Assembly: GCA_001771185.1 (NCBI GenBank)
Contig: METB01000001.1
Coordinates: 5,875 to 69,874 of the forward strand
DNA: 64,000 nucleotides
Reading direction: 5' to 3'
DNA from: a candidate division Kazan bacterium RIFCSPHIGHO2_01_FULL_44_14
GTDB lineage: Bacteria; Patescibacteriota; Kazan-3B-28
Shown here piece after piece: positions 19,245 through 28,032 of this stretch. The notes below the pieces were generated by a model. That model did no database searches. It was not told where the DNA came from and saw only the letters and a program-made list of their open reading frames with translations. A program made the position numbers and the translations under genes. Each line of letters begins with the position of its first letter. The stretch's first letter is position 1.

Positions 19245-21011
19245 ATGACAGACGAGAAAAAACAATTAGTTCTACCTGGTGTATTAACGGTCAAGGAATT
19301 GGCTGGATTGATGGATATACCAGTGACAACCGTCATTCGTCAGTTATTGGGTAGCGGAGTGTTGGCGACTATTAATGATAATTTAGATTTCGAAACCGCT
19401 GCGGTAGTAGCCGACGATTTGGGTTTCACTGCTACTTTGGAGCAATCGGAAAGTGAATTATCAGCCGATACCAATCAATACATAAGTGACGCCGAAGGTG
19501 AGCCGCGAGCGCCGATTGTGACTGTGATGGGGCATGTTGATCACGGCAAAACCTCACTGCTGGATTACATCAGGAAAACCAAAGTGGTGGAAGGGGAGTC
19601 GGGCGGAATTACTCAACATATGGGAGCGTATCAAGTTGACTATAAAGGTCGTCGGATTACTTTTTTGGATACTCCCGGGCATGAGGCCTTTTCAACCATT
19701 CGGGCTCAAGGGGCGAAAGTGACGGATGTGGCGATTTTGGTAGTGGCGGCTGATGACGGGATTAAACCCCAGACGATCGAGGCAATTGAATTGGCCCGAG
19801 CCGCCGGGGTACCGTTGGTGGTGGCAATTACCAAAATTGATAAACCCGAAGCCAATGTGATGCGAGTGGAGCAGGAATTAGCAGCCCACAATATCGTGAC
19901 GGAGAAGTGGGGCGGTAAAGATGTGGTAATTGGTGTCTCTGGTAAAACCGGTCAGGGAGTAGATGAATTGTTGGAGTTAGTTTTACTCACGGCTGACTTG
20001 CAAGAACTTAAAGCGCCAGTTGAAGGACCGGGCGAAGGAGTAATCATTGAATCGAAACATGATCCCAAAGTGGGAGCATTGGCGACTTTACTGGTGCAGC
20101 GCGGAACTTTGCGGGTAGGCGATTCGTTTGTGGCGGGAAATCATTTTGGCAAAATCAAAGCGATGGAGGATTTTACGGGTAAACGGATTAAACAGGCCGG
20201 TCCATCCCAACCAGTCCGGGTGACCGGGTTTACGGCTGCACCGAGTGCTGGTGAACGATTGATGACGGTGGCGAGTGATAAAGTAGCCCATGAAATTATT
20301 GCTAAATTAAATAAGCGGGCAACTACTCGTCAATTTTCAGCTCGAACTTCAGATTTAACTCGATTGACCTCGCAAATTCGGTTGGCTCGGTTGCATCACA
20401 TCAATATTGTGTTAAAAGCCGATGTCCAGGGCTCACTGGAGGCGATTAAGCAACAACTCGACAAGATTAAAACCGACAAGGGCCAAATCCGAATTGTGGC
20501 CGAAGGGCTAGGTAATATTACTGAATCAGATGTAATGTCAGCCGCCGGGGAAAATGGGTTTGTGGTTGGGTTCAAAGTGGCAGTCACGCCATCGGCTCGT
20601 CGAACTGCCAAGAAAGATGACATTAAAATCCTGACTTACGATATTATTTATGAATTGACGGACGATTTGACTAGGATTTTGTTGGATTCAATCGGGCCGG
20701 AGAAAATTGAGACCACGGTTGGCCGGGCGACCGTGTTGAAGATTTTTCGAGACGCCAGAAGCGAAAAGATTGTTGGGATGAAAGTTATTTCCGGCAAAGT
20801 TCAACGTGGCAATATTGTTAGATTCTTTGATGAAAACAAAGAACTGGTAGGGGAGGGGGAAGTTAAATTAATCAAGCGAGTAGCCGAAGAAGTGACAGAA
20901 GCCAACGCTGGTGATGATTTTGGTTTCCAAATTACGACTCATGCTAAAATTACCGAAGGAAACGTAGCCGAGTTTATTCGAGTCGATTACAAAAAAGCGG
21001 GTTTGAAGTGA
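19245..21011 (+). CDS. infB: Translation initiation factor IF-2
   Basis: G-domain motifs GHVDHGKTSLLD, DTPGH and TKID(NKxD). The ATG lies within an ATGACAGAC repeat motif. Confidence 0.95.
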   Translation: MTDEKKQLVLPGVLTVKELAGLMDIPVTTVIRQLLGSGVLATINDNLDFETAAVVADDLGFTATLEQSESELSADTNQYISDAEGEPRAPIVTVMGHVDHGKTSLLDYIRKTKVVEGESGGITQHMGAYQVDYKGRRITFLDTPGHEAFSTIRAQGAKVTDVAILVVAADDGIKPQTIEAIELARAAGVPLVVAITKIDKPEANVMRVEQELAAHNIVTEKWGGKDVVIGVSGKTGQGVDELLELVLLTADLQELKAPVEGPGEGVIIESKHDPKVGALATLLVQRGTLRVGDSFVAGNHFGKIKAMEDFTGKRIKQAGPSQPVRVTGFTAAPSAGERLMTVASDKVAHEIIAKLNKRATTRQFSARTSDLTRLTSQIRLARLHHINIVLKADVQGSLEAIKQQLDKIKTDKGQIRIVAEGLGNITESDVMSAAGENGFVVGFKVAVTPSARRTAKKDDIKILTYDIIYELTDDLTRILLDSIGPEKIETTVGRATVLKIFRDARSEKIVGMKVISGKVQRGNIVRFFDENKELVGEGEVKLIKRVAEEVTEANAGDDFGFQITTHAKITEGNVAEFIRVDYKKAGLK

Positions 21012-21421
21012 GTAATCTGCGCAAATCCAAATTAGAGGCCTTGCTCCAGAGCATGATTGCTAAATTTTTTGGTGAACAAAGGGAGGACTGGGGAATTCAT
21101 GAATTAATTACGGTGGATCAAGTATTTTTAGCCCCGGATTTAAAGACGGCTCAAGTTTGGGTTAGTTTTATTCCGCATACGGACAAGACGGCGGAGCGGG
21201 ATTTCACTCGATTAATTAAAAAACTGCCAGAACTTCAGCGGTATGTTTTTTGCGAATTGAGCATGAAGCGGGTACCAAAATTAACCTTGAGGTTAGCCGA
21301 CCCGGAGAAATCTTTTCGGTTGGACCAGATTTTTGATACTCTAGAGAGTCATGGAACAACTGGCCAATCAGATTCTGAAGACGCTTCAGGGAGCGAAGCG
21401 GATACTTCTAGTCAGCCATAA
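21008..21421 (+). CDS. rbfA: Ribosome-binding factor A with an acidic/Ser-rich C-terminal tail
   Basis: 137 aa with an ATGA overlap onto infB. A KH-like RbfA core. Confidence 0.75.
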   Translation: MSNLRKSKLEALLQSMIAKFFGEQREDWGIHELITVDQVFLAPDLKTAQVWVSFIPHTDKTAERDFTRLIKKLPELQRYVFCELSMKRVPKLTLRLADPEKSFRLDQIFDTLESHGTTGQSDSEDASGSEADTSSQP

Positions 21422-22310
21422 AGATCCGGATGGGGATGCGTTGGGAAGTATGTTGGGACTATATGGCATTTTAAGTCATCAATTTGGAATGGGTGTGGGG
21501 CTATCTGCTAGTGGGGACATTCCCCAGGCCTACGCTTATTTACCGTACTTCTTTCGGTTGAGTGACGGATTTGATCCATTGAAGTTTGATACGGTGGTAA
21601 TTTTGGATTGTAGCGGTTGGATCAGGACCGGGTTTTTTGATAGCGACGAATTGAATATCGATTGGCCGGAACGGTTGGTAGTAATTGATCATCATGCGGT
21701 TCAGAGTTTAACGCCCGGATTACACCTAGTAGACAGCACGGCTTCTTCAACTTCGGAACTCATTTGGCGGTTGGCGAAGGAATGGAAGGTTCCTGTTACT
21801 AAGGAAGTGGCGACTTGTTTATTAACCGGTATCTCATTTGATACTGGTTCATTCCAGCACGACAATACCTCTTCGGCCACTTTTCAAGCGGCCGCCGGAT
21901 TAATGGAGGTGGGGGCGGGTTTAAACAAAATTGTCAGCGGAATTTATTTGGGTAAAAGTATTGCCCGGTTGAAGTTGTGGGGAAAAGTATTGCAACGATT
22001 AAAGTACGATTATAATCGTAAATTGAGTGTCTCGGTGGTGACCCAGCAGGATTTAAAAAATTGCGGAGCGAGTAGTGATGATATTGAAGGATTGGTCAAT
22101 TTAATGAATACGGTACCGGGGACTAAATTTACTTTGCTATTAACCGAAGAAAGGGATGGGCAACTGAAAGGAAGTTTTCGAACCGAAGATAATAGTGTGG
22201 ATGTAGCAAAGTTGGCTAAATATTTGGGTGGCGGAGGGCATAAAAAAGCCGCCGGGTTTTCTTTACAGGGGGAGATTGATATAGATGGGGATAATTGGAA
22301 AGTAATTTGA
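21351..22310 (+). CDS. nrnA: DHH/DHHA1 phosphoesterase (NrnA-like oligoribonuclease/pAp phosphatase)
   Basis: SHKDPDGDALGS, VIDHH and a GGGGH (DHHA1) motif. It overlaps the rbfA 3' end. Confidence 0.8.
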   Translation: MEQLANQILKTLQGAKRILLVSHKDPDGDALGSMLGLYGILSHQFGMGVGLSASGDIPQAYAYLPYFFRLSDGFDPLKFDTVVILDCSGWIRTGFFDSDELNIDWPERLVVIDHHAVQSLTPGLHLVDSTASSTSELIWRLAKEWKVPVTKEVATCLLTGISFDTGSFQHDNTSSATFQAAAGLMEVGAGLNKIVSGIYLGKSIARLKLWGKVLQRLKYDYNRKLSVSVVTQQDLKNCGASSDDIEGLVNLMNTVPGTKFTLLLTEERDGQLKGSFRTEDNSVDVAKLAKYLGGGGHKKAAGFSLQGEIDIDGDNWKVI

Positions 22311-22440
22311 TTATTGATGCCCCGAAGAACTGCTTGCCCATCGAAGCCCTGGCGTAGTTGGGAGGGGATACAGTTTTTCTTGTCATTGCGAGTTTACCTA
22401 CCGGAGGTTGGCCGTAGGCGTGGCAATCTATCTTTCTTTA

Positions 22441-22665
22441 TGTCATTCTGAATTTTCTGCCAACTGGCGGATCAGAATCTATTTAATTTCTTTCTGCCAC
22501 CATTTTACTCACCCAATATGCTTTTGCAACGCCACATTGCGTTGCATCAATGCCCGCTTTGTCTTGTCAAAGCTGGGTAAACCGCTGACCAACGTTCTCG
22601 GGTTTATTCATTGGCTAAATCCTCTTTCTGCTTTCCGCCTACTGGCGGAGGGGCAAACTCCTCCC
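22441..22665. repeat. About 225-bp dispersed repeat element, copy 1 (second copy at 46121-46340)
   Basis: The two copies share long near-identical blocks (ccaactggcggatcagaatctatttaatttc..., cttgtcaaagc, attcattggctaaat). Sub-modules ccgccaactggcgg and gccaccccatttg recur elsewhere. Confidence 0.65.
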
Positions 22666-22845
22666 TTTAGTCGTTAAACATACGGCCCTGTCTGCCGATA
22701 GGCAGGTCCACCCACCGAGATTTAGTTCAGTTCAGCCTGCCTGCCGGTAGGCAGGAATAACCCTCGTCCTAGGGCCAATTATAAACGAATCTCTATACTA
22801 GACACTTTTGCCTTGCTCGATGTTATCTGGTTTACTGAATATGTT

Positions 22846-23286
22846 ATGACACAAGACCACGAAGTATCTCTATGGACAGTAGAGGCGGCACAAATTGCTG
22901 CAAAAAATGGCCAACTCCGTCAATGGGTTATTGATTTTCTCGATAGCCCGGCGGGAAAAAACTCTAAGTTTGCTGAAGACCTTCGTAAAAATCCTAGTTG
23001 GGTTTTTGACGCTCCAATTAAATTTCCACTTCAAGAGCTTACTCCTATTAGTGGACAGCCAGAAGATAATCGCCTATTTCACGATTCGCATTGGGACGAT
23101 AATGTATCAGCTATGGTTGAGGCCATTGCTAGTGGTTGGTGTCCTCCTCCACTGATTGTGACGAGTAATCTAGGTATTCCCAATGGCATCTCTGATGGTA
23201 ATCATCGTTGGTCAGCCCTGCGAGAAACTGGTCATACCGAGTATTGGACTATCTTCTACTATCCAAATCCATCCAAGCCATCCTAA
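22846..23286 (+). CDS. ParB/sulfiredoxin-like nuclease-domain protein
   Basis: ISDGNHRWSALRETGH resembles the ParB-like nuclease DGxHR motif. The start was chosen at the ATG at 22846. Confidence 0.45.
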   Translation: MTQDHEVSLWTVEAAQIAAKNGQLRQWVIDFLDSPAGKNSKFAEDLRKNPSWVFDAPIKFPLQELTPISGQPEDNRLFHDSHWDDNVSAMVEAIASGWCPPPLIVTSNLGIPNGISDGNHRWSALRETGHTEYWTIFYYPNPSKPS

Positions 23287-23355
23287 TTTGCTCGATGGGT
23301 TCTACTAAGATATTCCCTGAGCGGAGTCGAAGGGGTACCATAACTTTTCACTATT

Positions 23356-23589
23356 CACTTTTAACTTTTAACTGTCCCCATATCTGATAATCAGCTCCCA
23401 GAGCCACTTTCTGCTTGACAGGATTCTGGTTCAGGAGTATACTCAGGGGGAATTATTGGTCGTTGAAAACTTGACGAAAAGCGCGACGTGACAGACCTGA
23501 TGGTCGGTCGCGAAAAGATACGTTGTTCTGGTAAGCACCTCTTCCTGGTCACTAAGAGGTGCATTGTTCTGAGATCCTAGGAGAGAGAA
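23356..23589 (+). promoter_or_regulatory. Duplicated promoter (TTGACA 23415-23420, N17, TATACT 23438-23443) plus a conserved ~150-nt leader, copy A
   Basis: Near-identical to 37606-37823 through the promoter, and about 75% identical through the leader (conserved core agacctgatggtcggtcgc-aaaagata). Confidence 0.55.
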
Positions 23590-23784
23590 ATGAAAAGATT
23601 TTGGAGTGTTATTATTGCGATTGTTGCTTATACGACGCTATTCGGTTACTGGTTGGGAATTGTCTACTTGGGTGGATTTTCCCATAATCTTATCCTGGCG
23701 AGTGTCATTGCGATGATCGTAACGATAGTTCATTTTGGCATTCTGTGGATGGCCTGTCGTAGTCCTCGTAACAAATCCATTTAA
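23590..23784 (+). CDS. Small two-TM membrane protein
   Basis: 64 aa, strongly hydrophobic, driven by the duplicated promoter/leader. Confidence 0.4.
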   Translation: MKRFWSVIIAIVAYTTLFGYWLGIVYLGGFSHNLILASVIAMIVTIVHFGILWMACRSPRNKSI

Positions 23785-24015
23785 TAGGATTGATTCCGAC
23801 TCTCTGGAGGAGGGGTCGACACATGCTCTAACTGCACTTTTAAAATCGCGGTTGAGGCGTGCCCATTGCCTCGGAGCCGAAAGGTAAAAATGGGAGTGAT
23901 GGGCCGACCATGGTATGAACTGGCGACACGAAAAATTAAAGTAAAGTTCCAAATTATGTGTCTTGACGGATTAGCTCATTTTCAAACTCGCGCTATCTGC
24001 CGAGCATTGTTCATT

Positions 24016-24046
24016 AAAAGGGCGCCTGTAAGGGCGCCCTTTCTCA
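24016..24046. terminator. Bidirectional hairpin terminator (aaaagggcgcc tgta agggcgcccttt)
   Basis: A perfect 9-bp GC stem with flanking A- and T-tracts, between convergent genes. Confidence 0.6.
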
Positions 24047-24222
24047 TACTCAAATTTTATATAAATGTCATCCTCGGGGCCACTCTTGGTGGAGCCCGGG
24101 GATCCAGAACAGAAAAAGGTAGTCCCTCCGTTCGTCGGGAAAACAAATATTCAATATCTTAAAAAAGCGGATATTATCCGCTACCAACATTTTTAATTTT
24201 TCATTTGGAATTTTTAATTGGG

Positions 24223-24903
24223 TTATCCCAATAGCCCCTGCAATGCCTGTTCCGCAGCATGCATTTCGGCTTCACGCTTACTGCTACCGCTTCCGGTAGC
24301 AATTTTTTTGTCTCCAACAAAGAGCCCTACCGTAAATGTCCGATTGTGGTCGGGGCCGGTGGCTTTTTCTAATTTATAATGCGGAGTCGTCCCATCTTGC
24401 TCTTGAACGATTTCTTGGAACCGACTCTTGGCATCAATGTGCTCTGCAGTTTTGATAATGTCGGTCAATCGAGGAAGGAGGAATTTGCCTAAGAATTTTT
24501 CGACAGCGGGCAGACCCTGGTCGAGGAACAGGGCGCCAATAAAGGCCTCGGAAGCGTTACTTAAAATCATGGCTTTGGCTTTATCGGCGTTGCCGGATTC
24601 GCCTTTGCTTAGACGCATATATTTTTCAAATTGTAATTCCTTGCCGATCTCGCTTAAAGTATTTCGGCGAACCAGGGCCGCGCGAAGGTTAGTTAATTCG
24701 CCTTCGGGTTTGTCGGGAAATTGCTCATATAAAAATTGAGTAACGATTAGTTCCACGACAGCATCACCCAGAAACTCTAACCGTTCATTGTGGCCAGTTA
24801 CTTCCGAGTGCTCGTTCAAATATGATCGATGAGTAAAGGCCTGCTCATAGATGGCAGTATTGACCAGCGAAATTCCAATAATTTTAGACAGTTCATCAAA
24901 CAT
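24223..24903 (-). CDS. rnc: Ribonuclease III
   Basis: HRSY, ERLEFLGDAV and a C-terminal dsRBD. Start trimmed to M24 of the ORF (8-nt overlap with nusB). Confidence 0.85.
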   Translation of the reverse strand: MFDELSKIIGISLVNTAIYEQAFTHRSYLNEHSEVTGHNERLEFLGDAVVELIVTQFLYEQFPDKPEGELTNLRAALVRRNTLSEIGKELQFEKYMRLSKGESGNADKAKAMILSNASEAFIGALFLDQGLPAVEKFLGKFLLPRLTDIIKTAEHIDAKSRFQEIVQEQDGTTPHYKLEKATGPDHNRTFTVGLFVGDKKIATGSGSSKREAEMHAAEQALQGLLG

Positions 24904-25345
24904 CGTGTTTTGGTTTCTCGTCCTCCGGTTTATATTTGGCAGAAGTCCGGAAGACAGTGCCCAGAACGCCATTTACAAACTTGCTGGAATTTTCGCCCCC
25001 AAAGGCCTTGGCCAATTCAACTGCTTCGTTAATGGCGGCCTTGGGCGGAACTTCATCATCAAATAATAGTTCAAAAATCGCTAACCGAAGAATACCTAGA
25101 TCGACTTGAGCAATTTGGGGAATTGGCCATTCTGGAGCGGAGGCGGTGATGATGGCATCAATTTCTTCCATATGCTGTTCCAGGCCGACAACGGCTTTGT
25201 GAATGAATTTTAAATTATTGTCCTCAAACTCGTGCTTCTCAAGGTGGCGGGCAATAATTTTTGACAAAACTTCACCCTCGCGTTGTTGCCATTCGTACAA
25301 TGCTTGCATCATGAGAATGCGGGCGAAATGTCGGTTTGAAGCCAT
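24896..25345 (-). CDS. nusB: Transcription antitermination factor NusB
   Basis: 149 aa, all-helical NusB-like sequence (ARILMMQALYEW...). Confidence 0.75.
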   Translation of the reverse strand: MASNRHFARILMMQALYEWQQREGEVLSKIIARHLEKHEFEDNNLKFIHKAVVGLEQHMEEIDAIITASAPEWPIPQIAQVDLGILRLAIFELLFDDEVPPKAAINEAVELAKAFGGENSSKFVNGVLGTVFRTSAKYKPEDEKPKHDV

Positions 25346-25397
25346 AAAAAGTTAATTACCAATCACCAAATTCCAAATAACAAATGCAATCACTAAA

Positions 25398-25730
25398 CTA
25401 TTCTTGGTCGGTGTGGAATTCTGCTCCGGTATTTTTTGGAGTGTTGATGGTCTTGTGAGTAGTTTTTGGTTTAGCCGTTTTCTTAATCCGAGACGGCTTG
25501 GAAGTTATTCTGGACTTAGTTTTTTCTAATGTCTTAGCAACTTTACTTTCGAGTTTAGTCGAGATGACTTTGGCTCGGCCATAATAACCGCATTCTGGAC
25601 AAGCCCGGTGCGGTAACTTGGATGCTTTGCATTTAGCACACAGCGTTAATTTCGGTAAGGCACCATGCCAGTGGGCTCGGCGGGTCTTGCCTCTGACTTT
25701 ACTAATTTTCTTTTTTGGTTGGGCTGACAT
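25398..25730 (-). CDS. rpmF: Ribosomal protein L32 with a Lys-rich C-terminal extension
   Basis: N-terminal KKKISKVRGKTRRAHW..C.C....CP.CG (L32 zinc ribbon), then a roughly 50-aa K/T-rich tail. Confidence 0.8.
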   Translation of the reverse strand: MSAQPKKKISKVRGKTRRAHWHGALPKLTLCAKCKASKLPHRACPECGYYGRAKVISTKLESKVAKTLEKTKSRITSKPSRIKKTAKPKTTHKTINTPKNTGAEFHTDQE

Positions 25731-25819
25731 AAAATAAATTCCAAATTACAAATGACAAATTACAAATGGGGAGAGCAATTTAGGCGGGGAACATTTTGGG
25801 AATCCCTTTTATTATTTAG

Positions 25820-26239
25820 TTAAGCGTCGATTAGGTTGAGATTTTCACCAGTGGTTGAATCTAGTCCTTTGCAATCCGGTTTACAAACGGCTTGTAGAGG
25901 TAAGCTGATGGTTACTTCCTGAATAATGGCTGGATCGGTATCAATTTCGCCGTTATCGACTGCCAGAACCTCGGGATCGTCAGACGGAACTAGCGAATAT
26001 TCGCGATCGAAACTTAGTGGCAGTTGCTCGCGGAACGATTCTAGACATTTGTCGCAATTGAGGTTTAATCCAGCAGTAATGTCGAATTTGGCCAGAATGG
26101 ACTGGTCAAGATGGGTCAACAATACCTTGCCTTGAATCTGGGCGGAGTTGCGATCGGGGATAGTCACTTCATTGTCCAGCTCGTGCTCGGCCGTAGCACC
26201 TGTTTCTTTAGTTATCAGTTTGCTTACGTTAATCTTCAT
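25820..26239 (-). CDS. yceD: YceD/DUF177 family protein (upstream partner of rpmF)
   Basis: C-x2-C...C-x3-C arrangement and conserved synteny with rpmF. Confidence 0.65.
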   Translation of the reverse strand: MKINVSKLITKETGATAEHELDNEVTIPDRNSAQIQGKVLLTHLDQSILAKFDITAGLNLNCDKCLESFREQLPLSFDREYSLVPSDDPEVLAVDNGEIDTDPAIIQEVTISLPLQAVCKPDCKGLDSTTGENLNLIDA

Positions 26240-26350
26240 TGTGTACAGGAGGTATTATAAGAGAGAAAAGTGGGTCTGGCAACCCTCATTCTTGACAGTT
26301 TACGGCTGGACGGATAAAATCCCTATGTATATCAGATAAGCCGAAATACT

Positions 26351-26905
26351 TTGTTAGTACTCCGATTGGCTCGTACTGGACGCCGGAATCAACCGAAATA
26401 TCGTCTAGTAGTGGCCGAAAACAGCAAGCCGATTGACGGGAAAGTGGTTGAAGTGGTGGGGCACTACAATCCAACCGATTTAAATAAACCTCTAGTGTTG
26501 GATAAGGAGGTGATTTCTGCGTGGATTACCAAAGGAGCCAAACCGTCAAATACAGTGGCTAAACTTTTAAATAAAGAAGGTTTTGATTTGCCGGTTCATT
26601 TACATCCGGTGCGTCCGGCTAAAAAGGCATCCAAAGAACCCTCTGTTACCAAGGTCATGGAGGACGGGACGGAATCGGCTCCGGTTGTGAGACCAGCCGA
26701 ACCCGCAAATGAAGAAATGGTAGCGGAAATTGCTCCGGTTGAAGAAACTCCAGTTGAAGTTGTAGCGGAAAAATCAACTTCAGAACCAGTTGCTGAAACG
26801 GAACCGGTGACAGAAGTTACCCTGGCCGACCAGCCAGAGGCGCAGTCCTCCGAAGTTTCAACGCAGGAGGAAGAGAAGCTGGAAGATGAAGGGAATGCTA
26901 GTTAA
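26351..26905 (+). CDS. rpsP: Ribosomal protein S16 with a long acidic C-terminal extension
   Basis: N-terminal LRLARTGRRNQPKYRLVVA...GHYNP, then about 100 aa of an E/P/V-rich tail. TTG start. Confidence 0.85.
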   Translation: MLVLRLARTGRRNQPKYRLVVAENSKPIDGKVVEVVGHYNPTDLNKPLVLDKEVISAWITKGAKPSNTVAKLLNKEGFDLPVHLHPVRPAKKASKEPSVTKVMEDGTESAPVVRPAEPANEEMVAEIAPVEETPVEVVAEKSTSEPVAETEPVTEVTLADQPEAQSSEVSTQEEEKLEDEGNAS

Positions 26906-26947
26906 ATTCGTTTATATTTATATCGTTAACTGTTCGGAAGGAGTGAT

Positions 26948-27319
26948 ATGGCAGAAAAAGATCAGGAATTCGTGGAATATGCGGTGCGGGCAATTGTAGA
27001 AAACCCCGACAAAGTTAAGGTCGAACGAACTATTGATGAACGGGGCGTATTGTTGTCATTGGAAGTCGATCCAGCGGACATGGGCAAAATTATCGGCAAA
27101 GATGGTCGGACGGCAAAAGCCATTCGGACATTGCTTCGAGTGTTGGGTGCCCAGAACGATGCCCGAGTGAACTTAAAGATTATTGAGCCAGAAGGCGGTC
27201 TTGGCCGGGCTTCTGAACGGGCAGAACAGCCAGTTGAACCAGTGGCTGAACCAGTAGCCGTAGTCGATGTGCCCGAGACCACTTCCAAAGAAGACCTTGG
27301 TGTGCTGGACGAAGAATAA
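26948..27319 (+). CDS. KH-domain RNA-binding protein (YlqC-like)
   Basis: IIGKDGRTAKAIRTL is a GxxG KH motif. Canonical position after rpsP. Confidence 0.75.
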   Translation: MAEKDQEFVEYAVRAIVENPDKVKVERTIDERGVLLSLEVDPADMGKIIGKDGRTAKAIRTLLRVLGAQNDARVNLKIIEPEGGLGRASERAEQPVEPVAEPVAVVDVPETTSKEDLGVLDEE

Positions 27320-27348
27320 TTCTTCTGGAACTTTACGATTCAAATAGA

Positions 27349-27370
27349 AAGAGCCCACTCGGGCTCTTTC
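27349..27370 (+). terminator. Hairpin terminator agagcccactcgggctct + TTCC
   Basis: An 8-bp stem after the KH gene with a weak T-tract. Confidence 0.5.
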
Positions 27371-27435
27371 CTGGACCTTGTTTATATGACAACCAGGTAT
27401 CGTTTCTGTGGTAATAAGTTAGGAGAAGAATAGGG

Positions 27436-27475
27436 CTCTTGCCCACTCTGACGACGGCCGTCGTCAGAATGGGCA
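27436..27475. repeat. 40-nt near-perfect palindrome (cttgcccactctgacgacggccgtcgtcagaatgggcaag); left flank of the Cas2-like cassette
   Basis: One mismatch from a perfect self-complement. Its core gacgacggccgtcgtc is repeated at 27966-27998. Confidence 0.65.
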
Positions 27476-27500
27476 AGTTAATTACTGATATAATGATAAT

Positions 27501-28001
27501 ATGAGGACTTCAGGTGGAGCATATCGTTGGCTGATGAGGTTGATGTACGCGACGGATCCTAGATGGGAAGTGAAGGTGGACCGATCGCTCGATCACCGAT
27601 TCGGTAGTCGCCAACCAATTCGATCGCTACGAAGTTTCAGATATCTATGCTCAAAGGGGTACTTAACTCATCTGGAAGGAGATAGATATCAACTAACCGA
27701 TTTAGCGCGGATTAATCTCTTGCAGGAAATGGTTAAGCGGCGTAAGCCGGACGGCAAGTGGCGTGTGGTGGTATTCGACATCCCGGAAAAATTAAGACAA
27801 AATCGCAATGTCTTTCGGCACCATTTGATCAATTTGGGATTTAGGATGAAACAACAGAGTGTGTGGGTATCGCCTCTACCGTGTGAGGATTTGGTGGCAT
27901 TAGTGGTGAAGTACCACGGTTTAGGACAGTTTGTGGAGTTAATAGTAGGAAAAGATGTGCCCCTTAGGACGACGGCCGTCGTCAGAGTGGGCAGGGAATA
28001 G
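27501..28001 (+). CDS. wHTH + Cas2-like domain protein (PaaX-like architecture), solo
   Basis: C-terminal WRVVVFDIPEKLRQNRNVFRHHLINLGFRMKQQSVW matches the Cas2 beta1-Asp/SVF motif and is paralogous to 3198-3440. An N-terminal segment (GYLTHLEGDRYQLTDLAR) resembles a winged helix. It sits where rimM usually lies. Confidence 0.5.
   Translation: MRTSGGAYRWLMRLMYATDPRWEVKVDRSLDHRFGSRQPIRSLRSFRYLCSKGYLTHLEGDRYQLTDLARINLLQEMVKRRKPDGKWRVVVFDIPEKLRQNRNVFRHHLINLGFRMKQQSVWVSPLPCEDLVALVVKYHGLGQFVELIVGKDVPLRTTAVVRVGRE
27966..27998. repeat. Second copy of the gacgacggccgtcgtcagagtgggcagg palindrome, at the 3' end of the Cas2-like ORF
   Basis: Shares a 24-nt identical core with 27436-27475 and encodes the ORF C-terminus (TTAVVRVGRE). 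Confidence 0.6.
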
Positions 28002-28032
28002 TACGGAAAAGGTGGTGTAAGATGAGAGCAAG

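Noticed and set aside
22408-22677. 89-aa ORF in the track
   Set aside because: It lies entirely within the ~225-bp dispersed repeat element (copy 1). It is a translation of repeat DNA, with no RBS and no homology.
23866-24162. 98-aa ORF between the small membrane gene and rnc
   Set aside because: It spans a bidirectional terminator hairpin and has no RBS or homology.
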